From the human T2T-CHM13v2.0 reference genome, Homo sapiens, in assembly GCF_009914755.1 (NCBI RefSeq), contig NC_060925.1: DNA of 64,000 nucleotides. One strand, given 5' to 3'. Under the pieces are notes generated by a model. It was given only the letters and a program-made list of their open reading frames with translations. It was not told where the DNA came from and did not search any database. Shown piece by piece: positions 27,411 to 37,500 of this stretch. The translations under genes were made by a program, and so were the position numbers. Positions within the stretch are counted from its first letter, which is position 1. Each line of letters starts with the position of its first letter.

Positions 27411-28830
27411 ATGGGAAACATTCCCCCCAAGGCAAAAACACCCTGAAGATATATTCTGGAGAACTGGGGCCAATTTGACCCTCAGACGCTAAGAAAGAAA
27501 CGATTTATATTCCTCTGCAGTACTGCCTGGCCACAATATCCTCTTCAAGGGGGAGAAACCTGACCTCCTGAGAGAAGTATAAATTATAACCCCATCTTAC
27601 AGCTAGACCTCTTTTGTAGAAAAGAAGGTAAATGGAGTGAAGTGCTATATGTACAAACTTTCTTTTCATTAAGAGACAACTCACAATTATGTAAAAAGTG
27701 TGATTTATGCCCTACAGGAAGCCTTCAGAGTCTACCTCCCTACCTCAGCATCCCCCTGACTCCTTCCCCAACTAATAAGGACCCCGCCTTCAACCCAAAC
27801 GGTACAAAAGGAGATAGACAAAGGGGTAAACAATGAACCAAAGAGTGCCAATAGTCTCCAATTATGCCCCCTCCAAGCTGTGGGAGGAGGAGAATTTGGC
27901 CCAGCAGAGTGCATGTACCTTTTTCTCTCTCAGACTTAAAGCAAATTAAAATAGACCTAGGTAAATTCTCAGATAACCCTGATGGCTATATTGATGTTTT
28001 ACAAGGGTTAGGACAATCCTTTGATCTGACATGGAGAGATATAATGTTACTGCTAAATCAGACACTAACCTCAAATGAGAGAAGTGCCGCCATAACTGCA
28101 GGCCGAGAGTTTGGTGATCTCTGGTATCTCAGTCAGGTCAATGATAGGATGACAACAGAGGAAAGAGAACGATTCCCCTCAGGCCAGCGGGCAGTTCCCA
28201 GTGTAGACCCTCACTGGGACACAGAATCAGAACATGGAGATTGGTGCCGCAGACATTTGCTAACTTGCATGCTAGAAGGACTAAAGAAAACTAGGAAGAA
28301 GCCCATGAATTATTCAATGATGTCCACTATAATACATGGAAAGGAAGAAAATCCTACCGCCTTTCTGGAGAGACTAAGGGAGGCATTGAGGAAGCATAGC
28401 TCTCTGTCACCTGACTCTACTGAAGGCCAACTAATCTTAAAGGATAAGTTTATCACTCAGTCAGCTGCAGACATTAGAAAAAAACTTCAAAAGTCTGCCT
28501 TAGGCCCAGAGCAAAACTTAGAAACCCTACTGAACTTGGCAACCTCAGATTTTTACAATAGAGGTCAGGAGAAGCAGGCGGAACGGGACAAACGGGATTA
28601 AAAAAAGGCCACCGCTTTAGTCATGGCCCTCAGGCAAGTGGACTTTGGAGGCTCTGGAAACGGGAAAAGCTGGGCAAATTGAATGCCTAATAGGGCTTGC
28701 TTCCAGTGCAGTCTACAAGGACGCTTTAGAAAAGATTGTCCAAGTAGAAATAAGCCGCCCCTCGTCCATGCCCCTTATGTCAAGGGAATCACTGGAAGGC
28801 CTACTGCCCCAGGGGACGAAGGTCCTCTGA
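27411..28830 (+). pseudogene. gag: HERV-W gag (disrupted)
   Basis: ATGGGAAAC start at 27411; ORF 27864-28601 carries capsid with major homology region (HGKEENPTAFLERLREAL); stops and frameshifts on both sides. Confidence 0.9.
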
Positions 28831-28895
28831 GTCAGAAGCCACTAACCTGATGATCCAGCAGCAGGACTGAGGGTGCCCGGGGCAAGTGCCAGCCC

Positions 28896-31445
28896 ATGCC
28901 ATCACCCTCAGAGCCCCGGGTATGTTTGACCATTGAGAGCCAGGAAGTTAACTGTCTCCTGGACACTGGCGCAGCCTTCTCAGTCTTACTTTCCTGTCCC
29001 AGACAATTGTCCTCCAGATCTGTCACTATCCGAGGGGGTCCTAGGACAGCCAGTCACTACATACTTCTCTCAGCCACTAAGTTGTGACTGGGGAACTTTA
29101 CTCTTTTCACATGCTTTTCTAATTATGCCTGAAAGCCCCACTCGCTTGTTAGGGAGAGACATTCTAGCAAAAGCAGGGGCCATTATACACCTGAACATAG
29201 GAAAAGGAACACCCATTTGCTGTCCCCTGCTTGAGGAAGGAATTAATCCTGAAGTCTGGGCAATAGAAGGACAATATGGACAAGCAAAGAATGCCCGTCC
29301 TGTTCAAGTTAAACTAAAGGATTCTGCCTCCTTTCCCTACCAAAGGAAGTACCCTCTTAGACCCGAGGCCCTACAAGGACTCAAAAGATTGTTAAGGACC
29401 TAAAAGCCCAAGGCCTAGTAAAACCATGCAGTAGCCCCTGCAATACTCCAATTTTAGGAGTACAGAAACCCAACGGACAGTGGAGGCTAGTACAAGATCT
29501 CAGGATTATCAATGAGGCCGTTGTTCCTCTATACCCAGCTGTACCTAACCCTTATACTGTGCTTTCCCAAATACCAGAGGAAACAGAGTGGTTTACAGTC
29601 CTGGACTTTAAAGATGCCTTTTTCTGCATCCCTGTACTTCTTGTTTGCCTTTGAAGATCCTTCAAACCCAACATCTCAACTCACCTGGATTGTTTTACCC
29701 CAAGGGTTCAGGGATAGACCCCATCTATTTGGCCAGGAATTAGCCCAAGACTTGAGCCAGTTCTCATACCTGGACACTCTTGTCCTTCGGTATGTGGATG
29801 ATTTACTTTTAGCCACCCGTTCAGAAACCTTGTGCCATCAAGCCACCCAAGCGCTCTTTAATTTCCTCGCCACCTGTGGCTACAAGGTTTCCAAACCAAA
29901 GGCTCAGCTCTGCTCACAACAGGTTAAATACTTCGGGCTAAAATTATCCAAAGACACCAGGGCCCTCAGTGAGGACTGTATCCAGCCCATACTGGCTTAT
30001 CCTCATCCCAAAACCCTAAAGCAACTAAGAGCATTCCTTGGCATAACAGGCTTCTGCCGAATATGGATTCCCAGGTATGGCAAAATAGCCAGGCCATTAC
30101 ATACACTAATTAAGGAAACTCAGAAAGCCAATACCCATTTAGTAAGATGAACACTTGAAGCAGAAGTGGCTTTCTAGGTCCTAAAGAAGGCCCTAACCCA
30201 AGCCCCAGTGTTAAGCTTGCTAATGGGGCAAGACTTTTCTTTATATGTCACAGGAAAAACAGAAATAGCTCTAGGAGTCCTTACACAGGTCCGAGGGACG
30301 AGCTTGCAACCCATGGCATACCTGAGTAAGGAAACTGATGTAGTGGCAAAGGGTTGGCCTCATTGTTTATGGGTAGTGATGGCAGTAGCAGTCTTAGTAT
30401 CTGAAGCAGTTAAAATAATACAGGGAAGAGATCTTACTGTGTGGACATCTCATGATGTGAATGGCATACTCACTGCTAAAGAAGACTTGTGGCTGTCAGA
30501 CAACTGTTTGCTTAAATATCAGGCTCTATTACTTGAAAGGCCAGTGCCGCGACTGCGCACTTGTGCAACTCTTAACCCAGCCACATTTCTTCCAGACAAT
30601 GAAGAAAGGAAAGAACATAACTGTCCACAAGTAATTGCTCAAACCTATGCTGATTGAGGGGACTTTTTAGAGGTCTCCTTGACTGATCCCAACCTCAACT
30701 TGTATACTGATGGAAGTTCCTTCGTAGAAAAAGGACTTCGAAAAGCAGGGTATGCAGTGGTCAGTGATAATGGAATACTTGAAAGTAATCTCCTCACTCC
30801 AGGAACTAGTGCTCAGCTGGCAGAACTAATAGCCCTCACTCGGGCACTAGAATTAGGAGAAGGAAAAAGGGTAAATATATATACAGACTGTAAGTATGCT
30901 CACCTAGTCCTCCATGCCCACGCAGCAATATGGAGAGAAAGGGAATTCCTACCTTCCGAGGGAACACCTATCAAACATCAGGAAGCCATTAGGAGATTAT
31001 TGTCAGCTGTACAGAAACCTAAAGAGGTGGCAGTCTTACACTGCCAGAGTCATCAGAAAGAAAAGGAAAGGGAAATAGAAAGGAACTGCCAAGCGGATAT
31101 TGAAGCCAAAGAGCCGCAAGGCAGGACCCTCCATTAGAAATGCTTATAGAAGGACCCCTAGTATGGGGTAATCCCCTCCAGGAAACCAAGTCCCAGTACT
31201 CAGAAGAAGAAATGGAATGGAGAACCTCACGAGGACATAGTTTCCTCCCCTCAGAATGGCTAACCACCAAAGAAGGAAAAATACTTTTGCCAGCAGCTAA
31301 CCAGTGGAAATTACTTAAAACCCTTCACCAAACCTTTCCCTTAGGCATTGATAGCACCCATCAGATGGCCAAATCATTATTTACTGGACCAGGCCTTTTC
31401 AAAACTATCAAGCAGATAGTCAGGGCCTGTAAAGTGTGCCAAAAA
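28896..31445 (+). pseudogene. pol: HERV-W pro-pol (disrupted; integrase truncated)
   Basis: Protease LLDTGA and LLGRD; RT LPQGF and YVDD; RNase H YTDGS...AELIAL...IYTD; integrase N-terminus up to CKVC; several stops and frameshifts. Confidence 0.92.
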
Positions 31446-32505
31446 ACCCCCTGCACTTCAGGCCATACATTTCAATCCCTGTACCTGAACAATGGAACAA
31501 CTTCAGCCCAGAAATAAACACCACTTCTGTTTTAGTAGGACCTCTTGTTTCCAATCTGGAAATAACCCATACCTCAAACCTCACCTGTGTAAAATTTAGC
31601 AATACTATAGACACAACCAACTCCTAATGCATCAGGTGGGTAACTCCTCCCACACAAATAGTCTGTCTACCCACAGGAATATTTTTTGTCTGTGACCTCA
31701 GCCTATCGTTGTTTGAATGGCTCTTCAGAATCTATGTGCTTCCTCTCATTCTTAGTGCCCCCTATGACCATCTACACTGAGCAAGATTTATACAATTATG
31801 TTGTACCTAAGCCCCGAAACAAAAGAGTACCCATTCTTCCTTTTGTTATCGGAGCAGGAGTGCTAGGCGGACTAGGTACTCGCATTGGCGGTATCACAAC
31901 CCCTACTCAGTTCTACAAACTATTTCAAGAACTAAATGGTGACATGGAATGGGTCACTGACTTCCTGGTCACCTTGCAAGACCAACTTAACTCCCTAGCA
32001 ACAGTAGTCCTTCAAAATCGAAGAGCTTTAGACTTTAGGCTAATCGCCAAAAGAGGGGGAACCTGTTTATTTTTAGGGGAAGAATGCTGTTATTATGTTA
32101 ATCAATCCAGAATCGTCACCGAGAAAGTTAAAGAAATTCGAGATTGCATACAACATAGAGCAGAGGAGCTTCAAAACACTGGACCCTGGGGCCTCCTCAG
32201 CCAATGGATGCCCTGGATTCTCCCCTTCTTAGGACCTCTAGCAGCTATAATATTGTTACTCCTCTTTGGACCCTGTATCTTTAACCTCCTTGTTAAGCTT
32301 GTCTCTTCCAGAATCGAAGCTGTGAAGCTACAAATCATTCTTCAAATGGAGCCCCAGAGGCAGTCCATAACTAAAATCTACCGTGGATCCCTGGACCAGC
32401 CTGCTAGCCCATGCTCTGATGTTGATGACATTGAAGGCACCCCTCCTGAGGAAATCTCAACTGCATGACCCCTACTATGCCCCAGTTCAGCAGGAAGCAG
32501 TTAGA
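31446..32505 (+). pseudogene. env: HERV-W env, 5'-deleted; TM subunit in an open frame (31686-32468)
   Basis: Furin site RNKR, fusion peptide, LQNRRALD, CLFLGEECC (CX6CC), TM helix and cytoplasmic tail similar to syncytin-1. Confidence 0.92.
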
Positions 32506-32555
32506 GCGGTCATCGGCCAACCTCTCAACAGGGTTTTCCTGTTGAGAGAGGGTAC

Positions 32556-32879
32556 TGAGAGACAGGACTACCTGGATTTCCTAGGCTGACTAAGAATCCC
32601 TAAGCCTAGCTAGGAAGGTGACCGCATCCACCTTTAAACACGGGGCTTGCAACTTAGCTCACACCCGACCAATCAGGTAGTAAAGAGAGCTCACTAAAAT
32701 GCTAATTAGGCAAAAACAGGAGGTAAAGAAAGCTAGTCATCTATCGTCTGAGAGCATAATGGAAGGGACAATGATCAGGATATAAACCCAGGCATTCCAG
32801 CCGGCAATGGCTACCCTCTTTGGGTCCCCTCCCTTTGTATGGGAGTTCTGTTTTCATTCTATTAAATCTTGCAACTGCA
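32556..32879 (+). promoter_or_regulatory. LTR17 U3-R (no U5)
   Basis: Starts TGAGAGACAGGACTA after the polypurine tract; CCAAT 32669, TATAAA 32781, poly(A) signal ATTAAA 32861. Confidence 0.92.
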
Positions 32880-33789
32880 AAACAAAACAAAACAAAACAA
32901 ACAAAAAAAAACGTGGTACCATGCTCTCCTCCCCCACCAGCCCCAAGAGTATTTCCAACAGAAACTTTCTTCCCTGGGAACACTTTGCACCTTGGGCTTT
33001 GTATAACCAGGAGTAACACATTGGTGATTAACTTAAGAGGTGTTTTAAGATTCTGATGCTTGTTTCTAATCAAAGCTTTGTATTGGCATGGATCCATAAT
33101 AATTGCATTTGTGCTTCTGAGTAGAATGCTCTATCCCATCCATGCCTTCCCCTCTATTCTCACAGGAAAAATGACTATGCTGTGAGCTACTGCCACCTGG
33201 GAAGCATTTACTTCTGACTTTGTTTTAAAACTTTGTATTTTGTACTCCATTAATATAACATGTAAATAATAGGGGACACTATGTGAAGAGGGCAAAGAGA
33301 TATGTGGGAACTCTCTCTGTACTTTCAGATCAATATTTTGTAAACCTCATACTGCCCTAAAAACTTAAAGACTATTGATTTAAAAAATAAAACTTTGCAT
33401 CTGAAATTCTTTGAGTTGCTGTTACAGAAAATGGTCTTATTGGTCCATATAAGTAAAAATGATACTTTGTTAACAGGGAGATATGTTCTTGTTTAAACAT
33501 GTAATATATCTGGCCAGAAACTGAAGGCATATTGAGCTAGTCAGTCACCATTCTAACCACATTTGAACTTTAAGGAAGAAAACTAATTAGAATGCAATCC
33601 CCTAGTTTCTGCTCCTGACTGTGCTGGAAATCCCCACGTTTCTAACACATAGCTTTGCTTCTGTATTGCCACTTAGAGAGTATGGTGAGACACATTAAAG
33701 TCTTTGACCATAAAAGCAATTAAATACTGAAAGAAGAAGGGGGCATTTGAAATGCCCTTCTAAGAATTATTTAAAACATGGAAAACAAG

Positions 33790-34120
33790 CTTACACTTCT
33801 AGCTATGATGGAGTTGCATCTATCCAACTCATGGTGATAGAGTTCATAACATAATGTTTAGGGGAAAAGGCCAAAAAGATAGCACACTGTATGATCCCAT
33901 TTATATAAAGATTAAAACGAGACAAAATTAGAGTATGGCAATATAAGCCTAAATAGTGTTTATGTTTGATGGGTGGCAGACAATGACTGAGAGAGGGCAC
34001 AAATAAGATTTCTGGTGTGCTGAAATTGGGAGTGATCTCTTCTTGTCTGGGTGGAGATGAGAGAACAGTGTTCATTTTATGTAAATTCTACAAACTGTAA
34101 ACTTACTATATGTGCACTTG
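33790..34120 (+). mobile_element. L1ME-type 3' fragment
   Basis: cataacataatgttt...cacactgtatgatcccatttatataaag. Confidence 0.6.
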
Positions 34121-34125
34121 GTGTG

Positions 34126-34489
34126 TGTATTAGTCTGTTCTCATGCTGCTATGAAGAAATGTCTGAGACTGGGTAATTTATCAAGAAAAGAGTTTCAATT
34201 GACTCGCAGTTCCACGTGGCTGGGGAGGCCTCAGGAAACGTACAATCATGGTGGAAGGCACCTCTTCACAGAGCAGCAGGGGACAGAATGAGTGCCAGTA
34301 GGGGAAATACCAGATGCTTATAAAACCATCAGATCTCATGAGAACTCACTCACTACCATGAGAAAAGCATGGGGGAAACTGCCCCCATGATTCAATTACC
34401 TCCCACTTGGTCCCTCCCACAACATGTGGGGATTGTGGGGAGTACAATTCAAGATGAGATTTGGGTGGGGACACAGCCAAACCATATCA
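34126..34489 (-). mobile_element. THE1-family MaLR solo LTR
   Basis: tgtattagtctgttctcatgctgct ... ggggacacagccaaaccatatca; TSD GTGTG at 34121-34125 and 34490-34494. Confidence 0.93.
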
Positions 34490-35429
34490 GTGTGCATACA
34501 ATATATTTAAATAGTAAGTAACCAAAACATGTAGTTAGAAATAAATTACGTGAACAACTAGACATTCCCTGACAATGGAGGTGGCAGAAACTGGACTGGA
34601 AGATTCTGAAGGCAGCTTTCAACTGCATTTCACTTGCCCTTCCATAAAGCAGCAGCTCTCCTTCAGGGCTATCTTCCCTGAAGATACATTCTCTCTAGCT
34701 CATCTGTCTTCTATATCCAATTTGGATTTTGCAACAGAGAGTTAAATTTATTTTATCAATTTAACCCCTAAGTCAACATATTCAAAATCAAAATCTTCAT
34801 CATCTCTTGCTTCTCACTTCATGAATTTCCTCCCATTCTCTATCACAGATAAGAGGGTGATCAACTTCCTCAATGTTTAATGTAGAAATCTCATCCTCGC
34901 TGCACCATTATGTGATTCCTAGTTGTCTCTCCAAAATCTTCCTCAAATTTATGCCCTCTTCTCCAACCACATTGCTTTCATTTTCTTTTGTTCATTCATT
35001 CATTCATTCATTCATTCATTGTGAAGTGTGTAGTGCCTGCGAGGCCCTTCAAGTGGGGTTAAGGATCAGCAGAAGCAAGTTACTTCTGGTCCCTGATAAC
35101 CAAAGCCCTTGACTTTCACCAAAGCCTTGACATTCCCAGTTGCTTTCTATGTAGTCTCATGAAAGTTCCCTTCCCACTTCTCTCCTCCCTCTCCACTGCC
35201 ACCAATTCACAACTCTCTTTTCCAGCACATATACCCTTTACATGTGTATATGCACATGCATGTAAAGGACATGCACATTATTTAAATAAGCAAGACAAGT
35301 TCATTAAAGATAATTTGGAAAATATATAAAGTAACAAAAGGGAAAAAATCCTATTATTCATATTACTGACACCCAAAGATCGTGTGATATAAAATATCAT
35401 TTATTTTTAAATGATGATCATCTTTTTTA

Positions 35430-36240
35430 GTATACAAGTCAAATCATTCCCCTCTTTTCTTAGAAGGTGTCAAGTCATTCCACTGCCTATAGGACAAAAG
35501 TCCTTCTCATGAGCAATCGACTCAAAGCCCTTTGCAGTCTAGGCACAGCTGTCCAGCTGTTTTTCTGGTGTCTTCTCTAGTCCCCTGCCTGTCCCCAACT
35601 TTGACACATGGGTCCGTGACACTGCTCCTGGTTATGGGCTGTGGATACTGGATCTTCTGTGTTCCTGTCTCTGCTCACATTGTTCCCTAGGCCTGCAATG
35701 ATCTTTCCTGACTTCCTCAGCCTTGAAAACTCCTATTCACTTTTCAAGACTAGGTTCAAATTTCACTTCTGCTGGATCCCACTTGTGTGACACTTGTCAC
35801 TGTGTGCTGTGATTATGAGGGAGGCAGCGGCAGAGCTGTTAATAATACTGACTCTGGAGTCAGACTGCCTGGGTTCAAGTCAGATCTGTGGCCTGCTAGC
35901 TGTGTGACCTTGGGCCAATTACTTAATCTGTCTTTGCCTCAGCCTCATGTATAAGAGGATAAAATGCTAAAACTCTTCTCAGAGTGTTTCTATGAGGATT
36001 AAATGAGATGATCTGGTTAAAGGGTAACTTAGCACAATGCCAGGTACATAATGAGTCCTCAGAACATGTTACTTCTTGTAATTGTCAGATGTCTGCCTCT
36101 TCCCTCCTAGACTGTGCACATCCCATAAGAAAGATTTCTTACTTGAATTTGTAGCCCCACCCCATGCTCAGTTTGGAGTAAGTGCTTTATAAATGTCTGA
36201 GAAATGAATGAATGAGTACATGAATGAATGAGTGAATGAT
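35430..36240 (+). mobile_element. L2 fragment with nested MIR (~35820-36075)
   Basis: L2 tail (aatg)n at ~36203-36238; MIR core ctctggagtcagactgcctgggttcaa...tgtgtgaccttgggc. Confidence 0.7.
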
Positions 36241-37264
36241 CTGCCAAATCTTCCCGACATACTCTCTTGCTCTACATACTTTTATTGTTAAAAGAAACCA
36301 AGGAGGAAAATTGGGATAATGAGAGGAAGAAGGAAGGAGATGCAAGAGAGGGAGAAGGAGAAGAAGAGGACAAAGAAGAGGAATACCAATGAATTGCCAC
36401 TAATAATAATGGTATTTGACTTTTGTTTGCACAAAAAAACAGGCATCAATCACAGTACCCAAGGCTGCAGCAGCCCTTTTTTCTGCTAACTCTTCAGAAC
36501 CCAGAACATATTGGCCCTTACACTTAGTGCAAAGCTCAGTATTCCATTCTGGCCTTTGGGGAAACTGAGTTGTGTAACTGGTTCTCTACCCAGAGAGAAG
36601 ACCCTCAGATGGCAGACCACCCGAGGTGACACATCTAAAAGGACTGCGCAGGGCCCACCCGCAAGGTTCCAGGACATGGAATAGAAGAGTGTGCACCAGG
36701 CATCCTATGCAGGGCATCAGCTCATCCTCAAATTCCCCAGGACAGATGCAGCGCTGGATGTGTGGAATATTTAAAGGTTCCCTTGCAGCTGAAGTACCTT
36801 GGCAAAACCTGTTTTTACTGACTCCAGATATACTGGCTTCTACTTCTGTTCCAGAGTCAGTGATAAACCCCCAAGAACTCATTAGTACTTTCTAGCATGC
36901 ATAAAAGGACAGTAAGCCTTTGTTTTGCTGATTAGGGAGGCCACATACATTTTTAAAAACGGATTATTAAGAAATAAATGCCAACCTTTGCAGAAAAAAA
37001 CACATTTCTCTCTGTCTCTCATTGAAAACCAAGGAGGCCTTCAGAGACTTCACCTTGGCACAGGCCAGGTGGTTTCACCCCACCCTGCGGGGTCTGGCTC
37101 CAACCTGGCAGCTGTTTGCAAGGACAGGCCAGTCGTCATCAAGGCCCTATGTCTCTGAGCAGGGGGTCATGGCCATTGTGAGTCAAAACCCACACAGAGA
37201 ACACTGGCCTTTCTGATGCTGGCTGCACCACTGCCTTGCAGCTTTCTGCAGAGCCATTAAACCA

Positions 37265-37500
37265 TGAACTTGGAAGTCAGTCAGGCCAGGGTCTGAACTC
37301 CAGCTCCTCTGCCTACAGGCTGTGGCCCAGGGCAGGTTGCTTCATCGCTCTTAGTCCGAGTCTCCTCATTTGTGAAATAGGGGTAATAATAGTATCTATC
37401 TATCTCTCAGCGTTGTGGTCAGGATTAAAGATAATGCACAGAAATGGTTCCACAAGCTTGGGACGTGAGTCACACTCGGTAAATGATATCCATTGTTATT
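37265..37500 (+). mobile_element. MIR SINE
   Basis: gggtctgaactcccagctcc-like start, ctcctcatttgtgaaataggggtaataatagta, gattaaagataatgca. Confidence 0.7.

Larger units (their letters stand above)
27027..32909 (+). mobile_element. HERV-W (HERV17/LTR17) processed pseudogene, L1-retrotransposed, 5'-truncated
   Basis: gag-pro-pol-env order; no 5' LTR or PBS; 3' LTR ends after ATTAAA at the R end, followed by an A-rich tail; TSD aacatggtaccatgtt (27011-27026) / aacgtggtaccatgct (32910-32925). Confidence 0.96.

Noticed and set aside
29512-31137. HERV-W RT (YVDD) and RNase H ORFs as functional enzymes
   Set aside because: A frameshift near 29637 separates the first catalytic Asp region from YVDD; stops at 30148 and 30655; no promoter.
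31446-32505. Identification as syncytin-1 (ERVW-1)
   Set aside because: No 5' LTR, signal peptide or N-terminal SU; has an A-tail and the 4 extra tail residues absent from syncytin-1.
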